A stretch of DNA of 64,000 nucleotides from Microbotryum violaceum (Eukaryota): positions 806,001 to 870,000 of the forward strand of contig CDLV01000006.1 of NCBI GenBank assembly GCA_001244265.2, given 5' to 3'. The notes beneath the pieces were generated by a model. The model ran no database searches, had not been told where the DNA came from, and was given only the letters and a program-made list of their open reading frames with translations. Every line of letters begins with the position of its first letter. The stretch's first letter is position 1. The translations under genes and the position numbers were made by a program. Shown here in pieces: positions 22,901 to 34,377 of the stretch.

Positions 22901-25475
22901 GGGATCGTACAGAGCGCGCAGCAGGGAAATGAAACGCTCACCAAAGCCAAAGGCCTCGAAGACGTCGAAGATCCATGCGTGATCGACCCGATCGTACGCG
23001 CTCTGCTGATCCAAGGACAAGAGGGCGCCCTCGGGGAAAACTTCAGTGCCTAGCGACTTGAGTTTTTCGAGAAGGAGAGTGAGATGACTTCCCGCGTCTG
23101 CTGAACGTCTTGATGGCATGAACCCGTGTTGCGCCGGCGGCAAAAGCTCGCCGAGCACCCCATTGAGTCGCGCCACCAAGACCTTGCTGAGGACCTTGTA
23201 GGTCGTCTCGCGCAGTGTGATCGGTCGATATGCCCCAGTGATTTCAGATTGGCCCCCGGTTTGTTCTTGGGCAAAAGCCGCACCAGCCCCTCTGCCAAGG
23301 ACGCCGTCATTTTACCCCCTCCCAAATCGAGTTGAACAGGTCCAACAGCTTGGGAGCGAAGTAGGTTGGCAGCGCCTTGAAGAGCTCGTACGGAATGCCC
23401 GAGGGCCCCGGTGATCGCCCCGAATCCGTCTTCTTCAACGCCGCTTCAACCTCGAGGAGGGTGAAGGGCTCGTCAAGCGCCACTCTCGCTTGACGAGGCA
23501 GCCGACGACCGAACGTAGGGTCCGAGCGGTCGTCATCGTAGCATTTCGCCGCGCGAATAGGGTCGAGCAGGGACCGACGTGGGTTCGTCGGGTCGCCACG
23601 AGCTGGGTCCGGCGTGAAGAGCGACTGTGCGTGCCGTGAAGCAATACCCAGCGCCTCCTGCATGTCAACGGTCTCGGTGCCATCCACATCCTCCAGCGAG
23701 ACGATGCTCGTCTGGCGACTCCGGCGGTTGAGACGCGTGCGAATGCTTGCCGATTGACCTTCCCTCGAGTCGACTGACGGCACATGCGCACGAATGCGCA
23801 GCCACTGAGCCTCCTTTACCGCCAACTGATCCAACTGCGACTTGGCGAGAGCATACGCATCGCGCTCGGCCTCATTCATATGCTCACCGCGTGCCTCCAG
23901 CGCCTCCATGACGGATTGGTTCTCGGCCCGCAGTCGGCGCATGTCGGCACGAGTCGAGCGGTATCGTGCATGGCCAGCGACTGCAACCGCCCGCAGAGCG
24001 GCGTCATAGACGTCGCCGAGCGGAGCGGTCCCCTCGAGCCTTCGATAGACCTCGTCGACGACCCCGGGAATCGATGCGACAAAGTCTTGATCGTCAAAGA
24101 CCGTTGGGTTGAGCCTCGAAATGAAATCGCTCGTAGAGGGAAGAGAAAGGGGGGGTTCGGCATCAGCGTTCGACGTAGGCAATGCGAAAGTCGCAACTAC
24201 AGGTCTGTGGTCCGAGCAGGGCGCATCGAAAAGTGTGGAAGCGCTCAACAACCGGTTTGCCCAACTGCGCTGGACAAGGATATAATCGATCCGCGACCAC
24301 GAGCAGATTTCTCGTTTGTCCCCCTACCAAGGTAGTGAGGGCGAGTGAATGCCGGGGTGATGGGATGGAGTTGTCGGATCGTGTCGAGTGGGTTGAATGC
24401 GATCTTTGACAGCAAGGTCTGCCAGTGCGATACAGGAGTCCAAGCGCGATCGGTGATGGCCACTCGGTCGACCGATACATCCGGACAATCATTGAGATCG
24501 CCGGCCAAGATCCGAAGAGTCTTGGGCCCCGGAGCGGTGAAGTGCAGGAGCCCGTAGAAGTCGCGACGTTCTTCCCCCTTGACCGGCGCATACATGTTGA
24601 TGAGCTCGATATCGAGCTCCTCAAGACGAAACACCGAGCGCAGGATCCGACCGTCGAATTGAGGGGCTTCTGCAAACACGACCGGGGTAGAGGAGAGGAG
24701 GCGGCCCGCCAGAGGTGAGCCATCGGGTATAAGGGTAAGGACATGAGGTGCGAAACGAATACAAGCTCCTGGCCAAGCACTCTCGAAGCCTTCGCGCAAC
24801 GCGTTGTAGCTGAGGTGGTGCTCTTGCAGGAGAATGGCCGCAGGGGCCGGCCGAAGGGTTTTGAGATAGCGGATGATTTTGACTTGGTTGACTGCGTTCT
24901 TGATCGATCGGACGTTGAACGTCAACACGGTGAGGGACTCAATCATGAATAAATTGGATCAGCGCCGCCCCCCTCGAATTCGGTCATCTCGGACCTGTGA
25001 CCCCCTGAACTGTTGCCCCTGAGTCGTCACCCCCTGATGCACCGTGGATCATGGCGGATCCCGCCCGGGTGACACGTCGGTTGCCGGGTGCCGAGCTCGA
25101 ACGAAGGCGTCGAGGACTCGTCGAGGCTATCGAGTTCGTCGCGGTTGCCGATGGTTCCGACGTGCCACCGGACAAAGGCGATGCCGGAGCAGAAGTAGAA
25201 GGCGAAGGAGAGGTCGGGGTCGAAACGGGCGCCGCTGTCGTCGTCTGCGTCTCCTTTGTTGGGCCCGTGGTCGCACGGGTCAACGTCTCTTTCCCAGTGT
25301 CGCCGCCCTCCGGTTCGGTCGAAGCGACCGATTCGCCGTCGTCGTCGTCGTCGTCACCGTCGCCGTCGTTCGCATCGTCCTTGTTGCCGGTCGCTGCACC
25401 TGCGGGGTTAGCACGAGGTCCCAGCTGGATCATGTTCGTGCCAGAGGCACGAGAGTTCAATGCGGCAGGCCCAGA
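19984..25475 (-). mobile_element. L1/Tx1-type LINE, family B copy 2: ORF1 C-terminus, frameshifted ORF2, 3'UTR, A12 tail; 5'-truncated
   Basis: T12 at 19984-19995. ORF1 tail at 24984-25475. ORF2 motifs are spread over consecutive frames. Confidence 0.92.
20950..24946 (-). pseudogene. Family B ORF2 (endonuclease-RT), about five frameshifts
   Basis: TFNVRS/LLQE/GDLND, SDHRPV, SPGPSG, QHGF, GLGQGDPLS, FADD and CLFC...HYFFEC in successive overlapping ORFs. Confidence 0.9.
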
Positions 25476-25753
25476 TTTTTTTTTTTTTTGTAGAAAACGT
25501 TCATCATATTGCCCCCAGTTCCTGTTCCCCCTGTTTTGGCCTACGGAAAAACTAGATGGAAGACTACGATGATAACACAAACCGCCCGCAAAAGTGCGAG
25601 AAACGAGCCAAGTCCACCAATCCGAGATTCGGATTCAAATGCCCTAGCCAAGCGGTTGCTCCCCCCAGGAGACTAATGAGAGAGAGAAAGAGAGACGAAG
25701 AGAAAAAGAAAGAAAAGAAATGTACTAACGACAGAAGGCCCACCCCACAGCCA
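25476..25753 (-). mobile_element. Family D copy 1 (short 3' fragment, A14 tail)
   Basis: T14 at 25476-25489. Near-identical to the first ~275 bp of the adjacent copy. Shares colinear motifs with family C. Confidence 0.72.
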
Positions 25754-25754
25754 A

Positions 25755-26130
25755 TTTTTTTTTTTTGTAGAAAACGTTCATCATATTGCCCCCAGTTCCT
25801 GTTCCCCCTGTTTTGGCCTACGGAAAAACTAGATGGAAGACTACGATGATAACACAAACCGCCCGCAAAAGTGCGAGAAACGAGCCAAGTCCACCAATCC
25901 GAGATTCGGATTCAAATGCCCTAGCCAAGCGGTTGCTCCCCCCCGGAGACTAATGAGAGAGAGAAAGAGAGATGAAGAGAAAAAGAAAGAAAAGAAATGT
26001 ACTAACGACAGAAGGCCCACCCCACAGCCACTTCCCACTCGGTCGAGACGAAGACAAGAGCACGACTGCGCAACCACCACGACCCTCGACGCTCCAAGTC
26101 TCTGCTCAGTCACAACAAGACGCGGTGAAG
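25755..26130 (-). mobile_element. Family D copy 2 (3' fragment, A12 tail); right boundary approximate
   Basis: T12 at 25755-25766. Tandem with copy 1 and extends about 100 bp further. Confidence 0.68.
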
Positions 26131-26184
26131 AGAAATCGTGACAAAATTTGTGTTTTTTGCGATAGATAGCCCTTATACTGCATC

Positions 26185-26255
26185 GCGCCGGTGGGTTAGG
26201 GGTATACTTGGACATTGCCATTGTCTAGACCTGGGTTCGAGTCCCAGTCGGCGCA
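26185..26255 (+). tRNA. tRNA-Gly(GCC), intronless
   Basis: Acceptor GCGCCGG/TCGGCGC, anticodon arm GGACA-TTGCCAT-TGTCT, T arm CTGGG-TTCGAGT-CCCAG, discriminator A, T5 terminator at 26263-26267. Confidence 0.92.
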
Positions 26256-26684
26256 AGTTCTCTTTTTGCCTGATTCTCTTTCCCTCACCGTCGGACTACT
26301 CGGGGTAGCCAATGACCCAGCCCCACCAGAAGTATTCTCCTTTGAGAAAAGGACAAAAATGCCCTCGAAAGATAACGAAAGGACGAAAATGCCCTCGCTT
26401 CTTTTCATGGGACAGAAATGCCCTTCTCTAAAGGACCAAAATGCCCTCGGATTCTCGAACTTCTGTAGTACTTGATATATCAGCTCATAACCAAGAGGGT
26501 AGCTTCTTGTAGTCGTTGTGATCGGCCGTATATTCAGAATCCCCAGAGATGCCGTGAGAATTCATATATCACGGTTGCGAAGTCAGGGCCCTATCACGAC
26601 TGAAGCGAGTCCAAGTCGAAAGCGAGCGATGAGTATATACCGAGTGAATTCCATATGAAAAAGGCCAGCAGTAGTAGCATTGAC

Positions 26685-27273
26685 TAAGCTCAACTAAGCC
26701 CTCCCTCTGGGAGGGGCTTACGAGTTATCGACGCGCTTGGCCCAGATGCCCTCCGAAATTTCAGGGCCATTTTGGGGTGGTTTTCTGTAACTTGGCAAAT
26801 ACTTACATTCATGCAAAAGCGAGGGACCCTATTTTTCTTTATGCTCCAAAAATGACATACCCCTAGTGGCGAGAGCTTTCATAAGCTGTGGGTGGAGCTA
26901 CAGCGATCCGAAGTCTGCGATTTCGGTCGATCGGGCCTCATATGGTCCGAGCGCATCGTGTAATTGGCGCTCTCATCATCGGCGAGCCTCGGACTGGACT
27001 ACGACTGGTCCGTGCGCCGACCTGCGTCTCGTTCGGAATCATTTGATTCAAGCTGCTGTAGCGAGATGATCAAGCGTTCCTAGACTTCAAGCTTCGGTGA
27101 AGCCTCATCAATAGAGATAGAGTAAAGATGTATTCCTCCAGTTTTCAGATAGCACCAATATATGCCATGCTACAGCAAGGGGGCACTTTTCAGGGCCAAA
27201 ATTTCGGAGGGCAACTGGGCCAAACGCGCCGATAACTCACAAGCCCCTCCCAAAGGGAGGGGCGTCGAGCTTA
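26685..27273. mobile_element. Nested 589-bp TIR element (MITE-like) with 9-bp TSD
   Basis: Imperfect ~80 bp TIRs TAAGCTC...GAGCTTA. TSD AGCATTGAC at 26676-26684 and 27274-27282. Confidence 0.85.
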
Positions 27274-27589
27274 AGCATTGACAGTCTTGACGCCTTATGC
27301 TCAGATTCGAATGGTCTATCTATCTATCGCATGTAACTCGGTTGTGTCCGGGGCCTTTGCAGAGACCACAGATCGTGTCGCGCTTGGACCTCTCGTCCGC
27401 ACCCCGGAACCTGCGTTTGATCGGACGTCGTATATGCTTGGAGAGATGTGACGGAATGATAATGACACCCTCTTCTTCGCCATGACCTCATGGCGCTCAC
27501 GAGGAAGACGATGCAGCTTCCATTCGGCCCGAGATGGAACAGGTTAAAGCGGTGTCGCGTAAGTCTGCTCTTGCTATCGCCAGTGTGCA

Positions 27590-27830
27590 GCAGCGATCGG
27601 TGACTGTGGGCTTCATTCAAGACAATGATGGTCCAAACGCTGCATTCTCCTTTGGAGATAGCAGTGGCAGAGAAGGAGCACGGAGGATCTTGGACACTCT
27701 TGCTCACGACGCGTGTCAGACTTGCCAATGTTGAACTGAAACTGGCGATCAAGCGCATATTGATGGCCCGCATCTGTGAGCTCCTTCTTTTCGTAGAGAC
27801 TTTTCCCCTCCCTGAAAAAACGTTCCATTG
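27590..27830 (-). pseudogene. Remnant of MULE transposase N-terminal DNA-binding domain
   Basis: REGKSLYEKKELTDAGHQYALDRQFQFNIGKSDTRR then, after a frame change, CSFSATAISKGECSVWTIIVLNEAHSH. Resembles the MuDR/FAR1-type C..C...W....HxH domain. Confidence 0.55.
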
Positions 27831-28430
27831 CCGAAAGTCGGTGGTGACTTCGATGTAGAGGCCAGAATGCGGAAGGTGGCCAACCTCGATTCGCGAAGTA
27901 CTCGCGCGCCTCGACGCGTCGAAGATCGATGAGGACCCCTGACTTTGCGACCGTGATATATGAATTCTCACGGCATCTCTGGGGATTCTGAGTATACGTG
28001 ATCAAAACGACTACAATAAGCTACCCTCTTGGTTATGAGCTGATATATCAAGTACTACAGAAGTCGAGAATCCGAGGGCATTTTGGTCCTTTAGAGAAGG
28101 GCATTTCTGTCCCATGAAAAGAAGCGAGGGCATTTTCGTCCTTTCGATATCTTTCGAAGGCATTTTTGTCCTTTTCTCTTCTCCTTTTTCTCTTCATTGG
28201 TCATGCGGTAATACTCGAGCCATATGGGTGGGGAAGTTAGGTAGGAGTCTTGCGGATCAAATTTCAACCTTCAAATCATTTTTTTTTTTGTAGCAAGACA
28301 CATAGGAGAAACCCAAATGGACAACCGGGACACATGAGGCGGAACCAAAAACAGACAGAGTGTATATGAGGATATTCTAGAAGAAAGGACATTTTCCCCT
28401 CAAGGGTATGCATGCCTGACCAATCCCGGT

Positions 28431-31400
28431 TTACGAGTGTTGGATAACGGCGACCAAGTCACCCTGGGCGATACTGTCGCTCGGTTGAACGGAAACGCGT
28501 TGGACCTTGCCGCTGACGGGCGCTGAGACGATTTGCTCTATCTTCATCGCCGAAAGGACGCAGATAGGGTCACCGGCCTTGACCTCCTGGCCCTCGTGCA
28601 CTCGGACCTCGACGACGACGGCCGACATGGGCGAGCCGACTGATCCGGGCTCGTTCGTCGCCTTCTCGCGGTGCACGGTCTCGATCGCGGCACTTCTGTC
28701 CTCGACCTGGACCGCACGCAGCTCACCGTTCAACTCGAACAGGATGTCGCGGGTGCCCGACGAGGTGTCGACGGGCGAGACGGCGATCAGCTTGACGATG
28801 AGCGTCTTGCCCTTCTCCATAGCGATGTGAATTTCCTTACCGACCGGGGGCTTGCCGAGGAAGAAACGCGTCGGCAGGACCGACAAGTCACCGTACTTGG
28901 TCGTGAATTCCTTAAACTCCTCAAATACCTTGGGGTACATGCAGTACGACAGGACGTCAGTCGACGTGATCGTCGAGCCGTACTTCTCGATGAGCTTGGC
29001 GCGCGTGCCCTCAAAGTCGTAAGGTTCCATGTCCTTGCCCGGTCGCTCGTCGATGCGCTTCTTATCGCGAATGATCTTGGATCTCAGCGGTTCCGGGAAA
29101 CCGCCCGTAGGCTGACCGAGGTAGCCCTGGAAGAACTCGACAACCGAGTTGGGGAAGTCGAGCTTGTCGGCTTGGTCGATGACGTCCTGTCGCGTCAGCT
29201 TATTGGCGACGAGGAACTGGGCGAAATCACCGACGACCTTGGACGATGGGGTAACCTTGACAATGTCACCGCACAGGAGGTTGGCATCGATGTAGGACTT
29301 GACGACCTCTTTCCATCGACCGGTCAAGCCGAGTTGGGTCGATTGGAACATCAAGTTCGTGTATTGTCCTCCGGGCATTTCGTGGTCGAACACACCCGAG
29401 TCGGACGCTCGGACGTTGGCGTCGAAGCAGCTGTACAGCGTGCGAACCGAAGACCAGTAGAGGTTAAGCGCCTGAATGTTCTCGTGCGAGATACCGGTGC
29501 CGAGGTTTGTTTGCTCGAGCGCCGAGCAGACGGCACCCATCGAAGGCTGCGAGGTCGTGCCGGACATGGAATCAATGGCGACGTCAACGACATCTGCACC
29601 CGCGGCGGCGCAGGCGAGCATTGACGAAACCGAAATACCGGCCGTGTCGTGCGAGTGGACGTGGATCGGCAAGTCGGGGAATTTCTTTCGGAGCGCACCA
29701 ACAAGGATCGTTGCGGCCTCGGGCTTGAGGATACCGGCCATCTTCAAGCAAAAGCTCGGGGGTCAGTCATGTCGGTACGCGGGGAAAAAACATCGCAGAT
29801 GTCGGAACTCACATCTTTGATGGCAAGCACGTGAATGCCGCAGTCGACGAGCTCCTGGGCGAATTGAAGGTAGTACTCGAGCGTGTACTTGGAGTGCTTT
29901 TTCGGGTTCGCGACGTCACCCGTGTAGCAGATGGCGGCTTCCACAACACCACCGGCCTTCTTGGCCGCGTCGATACCGAGCCGCATATTGTCGATGTAGT
30001 TAAGCGAGTCAAAGACACGGAAAATATCGAGACCGTTCTCCACGGCCTTGCGCGAGAACTCGTAGATGGCGTTGTCGGGGTACGAGGTGTACCCGACAGC
30101 GTTGGCACCACGGACAAGGGCCTGGAAAGGAATATTGGGGACGAGCTTGCGCAACGAGCGCAGGCGCTCCCACGGGTCCTCGTACAAGAATCGCATCGCG
30201 ACGTCAAAGGTCGCGCCTCCCCAGCACTCGAGGGCGTACGCATTCGACAGGGCATGCGAGGTCTCCTTGGCGATGTTGGCCATGTCGACCGTACGCAAAC
30301 GAGTCGCGATGAGCGACTGGTGGGCATCGCGCCACGTCGTGTCCATGATGAGGACACCGGGATAGGCGCGAACGGCCTTAGCGAAGGCCTCGGGACCTTG
30401 TTCGACGATGATGTTGCGCCATCCGGTCGTGCAGGGCTCGCTCGTCTCGAGGGCTTTGGTCTCGTCCTTGGGGTCGACGATGGCCGGGATCGGGATCTCT
30501 TCGTTCAAGCCGGGCTCGCCCATTTGACCCTTGATCGTCGAGCCGTTGACGACGAGGTCGCCGAGGTAGGCCAAGAACTTTTGGGCGCGGTTCTGCGACG
30601 TCACGAGCTGGAAGAGCTGGGGCGTATCGTCGATGAAGGTCGTCCACGTGTTGTTGGTGATGAAGGACTCGTGCGACAGAACACGGAACAAGAAGGGAAT
30701 GTTGGTTTTGACACCACGAATGCGGAACTCGACGAGTGCTCGGAGCATCTTGCGGCGAGCGATCTCGAACGTCGCACCACGGACCGTGCACTTGACGAGC
30801 AGGGAGTCGTAGTGAGGGGTGATTTGCGCACCAGCAAATCCGGATGAGGCATCGAGACGGACGCCGTTCCCGCCGGCTGATCGGTACACTTCAATCTTGC
30901 CTGTGTCGGGCTGGAAGTTGGCGGCCGGGTCCTCGGTCGTGATGCGGCACTGAATGGCGTACCCACGTTTGGTGATGGTGTCTTGCGTGAGACCGAGCTC
31001 GGGGAGCGAGGCACCGGCGGCGATCTGAATTTGCGCGGCGACGATATCGATACCGGTGATTTCCTCGGTAATGGTGTGCTCGACCTGAATTCGGGCTGGG
31101 GATGACGACGCGGACAGATTGCGAGTGAGGTCAATATCCAAAGTCCGGAGTTGCAGCGTGAGATAAAGCTGAGGGCAACTCACGGTTGATCTCGATAAAG
31201 TAATGTCCCTTTGAGTCGACCAAGAATTCGCAGGTACCGGCGTTGCGATACTTGACAGCCTTGGCGATCTTGACGGCGTCGGCGAGGAGTTGAGTTCGGA
31301 GCTCCTCCGAGATGTTGCTCGCGGGGGCGAGCTCGACAACCTTTTGATGCCTACGTTGAACGGAACAATCACGTTCGAACAGGTGCACAATGTTGCCATG

Positions 31401-32874
31401 GGAGTCACCGATCAACTGGGCCTCAATGTGCTTGGGCTTATCGAGGAAGCGCTCGACAAAGACGGTACCGTCACCGAAGGCGGATTTGGCCTCGGAGGTC
31501 GCCATCGCGAAGGCGTCCTTGAAGTCCTTGGCGGTACGAACGACTCGCATACCTCGACCTCCACCACCCATCGCGGCCTTGATGATGACGGGAAAGCCAT
31601 ACTTTTCCACAAAGTCGTTCGCCTCTTCGTAAGTCGAGATGGCGCCGGGGGTACCGGGCACGACGGGGACACCAATTTGAATGGCTGCAGGGAATGCGCG
31701 CGAGAGTTTCACAGTTCATTTCCTCGAACGTGTAAGCGGAAGGCTAGTCGAGAAGTGCTGGGGACCCACCCAAGGTTCGGGCCTTGATCTTATCTCCGAG
31801 GCCGTCAATGACGCTGGGCTGCGGTCCCACGAAGAGCAAACCGGCATCCTCAACGGCCTTGGCGAAATCGGCGTTCTCTGAAAGGAAACCGTACCCGGGA
31901 TGGATCATGGTCACACTGTGCTCTACGGCAATCTGTATGTTGCGGAAAGGGCGGTGAGGCGAGCGCGCAAAGTCAGTTATGATCATACTCGTTCTCCAGG
32001 AGCAAGCGGGCCGCTCCTGACGACGAGAACGGGAGTTCCCGAGGCTCGCTGCCCGGTTGCACCATCCTGTGAGCGAACAAGCTATACTAACCTTGATGAT
32101 GTTCTTATAGTCAAGATAAGCCGCGACGGGGGTAAGGCCTTCACCGACGAGAAAAGACTCGTCGGCCTGCACGATGATTTGCGCGGGGAATGACCGGATA
32201 TCAGCTCCGGTTGCCCCAGCCATCTTGCCGAGACGACGGCGATCGTTGCCGGGGGGGAGGGAAAGGGGGGGTTCAGAAAGACATTACCTTGTTGCGATGG
32301 GCCGAGAAACGATCCTCCTTGGAGTAGATGGCGACGGTGGTCATGCCCAACTCATGGGCGGTTCGGATGATGCGGATCGCGATTTCCTGTGTACGGCATC
32401 ATCGTGGCTTTGGCGGGGTCAGCCAACTCGGCCAAGCAGGTCACCCGTGAAATCGTAATCAGCGGTCCGGGGCGCGATGGCAGCCAGCTTGTGCGCTCGC
32501 CGGCCTATAGATTGGCGCAGCGCTCGACGGAGCTTCATCAAGCCGAAGCCAGCTGAACACAGCACTCAACTCACACCACGGTTAGCGACGAGCAGTTTGC
32601 GAGGAGGTTGAGCACCTCGACCCAGTTGTCGGAGGTTGTTGATCGACGGTGAAGCCGACCCCCCGGGCGAGCCAGGGCGAGACTGCCTGCACAGGTGAGA
32701 ACGAGCCGGCAACAGCAGCAACAGCAACGTCAGTGGGGGTGGGTCTCAAGGCGATAACGACGGCTCGTGTTCGACCATCCTACGCACGCACTTGGCAGGC
32801 CGCTGGGACGGCGGCTGAAAACGTGGCTGAAGAACTCACTTCGGTGTCTTGAGCGCTAGAGCTACGTCAGCCAT
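28431..32874 (-). CDS. PYC1: Pyruvate carboxylase, multi-exon
   Basis: [60 protein letters not shown] and biotinyl motif SAMK. Confidence 0.97.
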
Positions 32875-34377
32875 GCTATGCGACGGTTGGAGCTACTGAA
32901 GTGAGCGAGAGAGGGAGGACTGCCGATCAGAAGGCGAGGGACCCGAAAGCCCAGCTTGACGCGCGTAATAGCGCGGGACTAGATGAATTCTGGGCGATTT
33001 ATAGGCGAAGAGCCGAGCGTTCAGAGTCGTCCCTCGTTATCCATCGACACGTTGAGAATTTTTGACAGCTCAATTTTCAGGTGAAGACTTGGTAGAAGTA
33101 CTTGTGCGGTTCTGCCTTCACTGGATCGTATAATCTGAGCCGGATCGACTCTATTCGAGGAAATCACGTTCGCGGGTCTTACGGCCGGCACAACGTGACG
33201 TAGAACGTATACGCCTTTGTCGATTTGGCGCGAATCGAAACGTTCGTTCGATCTATCTGACGATTCAAGCTCAGCGGCAGGGGGCCGCACCGTAACGCCG
33301 AGGAGAGGTGCTGCACACCATGCTGTTGAGAATCAAGAAGCCGGTACAGTCATCCGCGTAGCTCTACGTCAGGGGGATCTATCGCTCACTGTCTGCAAGT
33401 GATAATTCATCGCGATCCTTCACCGATCCTATCGGCCCATCGCTAGCGACTTGACACTGCTTAGTCTGGGATTGGAGGGCAAGACTCGACCATAATGAAT
33501 TGCCCCTTCGACAATCTGATATTCCGATCACAACAAGAGAATCGCGTTCGAACCCCTCCACTTACTCACGCGCGGCCCCCTGTCTTTTCGGCCGCCGCTC
33601 GCGACGTCACCGACAACGTCCACCAGCTTCTTTGAGTCAGAAGTCTATTCACTTTCGGATTCAGAGTGCAACCGATGTGAGACCAGACATTGTCTAGCTT
33701 CAATCTATGTATAGGAGTACTTGTGTTGGCTGCCGAGAGTACATCTCTAGATCGGCCAAGTGCTGTCAACGGACAAGTGCATCAAAAAAAGAGAGGGGTC
33801 TACTACCATTGTCAGGGCCTGTAATAAGGAACTCACCTACCTGGACACCGTCTTGGGTATCTAGAACTACCTAGGTGACCACCATCAGTTGCATAAATCC
33901 CTATTCGGAAGGCGGAGCTGTTGAATGGGCTCGGTGGACGTGCTTGAAAAGCGAGCAAAGTCTTCCAAAGGGCGAAACACCCGAGCTCGCGATCGCTCTT
34001 CGCTGAACATGCCAGATGCCCGCGTTCAGGCTGCATTTGCTCGTCCGCGACAAACGTTTCAGATGGTGAAGTATGTTTCTCGATACGAGTCCCACCCACC
34101 GTTTGTTGCCAGAGGTAGATACCTAGGTAGGTACAGTCCTAGTCGAAGGTCGCCGTCGTCTTTTCAGTCACTCGATCGCCGACGCCGACGTCCGTCGAAA
34201 ATCAAGTGATTAATCATCCTCCAGAGTACTAGTCGCACGTCGTCAATTGACCGAACCGAACGGCAAGTTCAGTTCGTTTCGGCTAGCTCATCAGGCCCAG
34301 TCGGCCGTCCAAGTCTGCCTCTCACCCTCAAAGCGCTTGTTCTTACTCCACTCTATAGGCAAAGTATCAATCTTGAG

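Larger units (their letters stand above)
26344..28178. mobile_element. Non-autonomous Mutator-like (MULE) DNA transposon
   Basis: ~245 bp TIRs (26344-26588 / 27937-28178) starting GAGAAAAGGACAAAAATGCC. 9-bp TSD TTCTCCTTT at 26335-26343 and 28179-28187. Confidence 0.9.

Noticed and set aside
28507-31787. Long plus-strand ORFs opposite pyruvate carboxylase, and similar ORFs opposite other genes
   Set aside because: Antisense shadows of GC-rich coding sequence.
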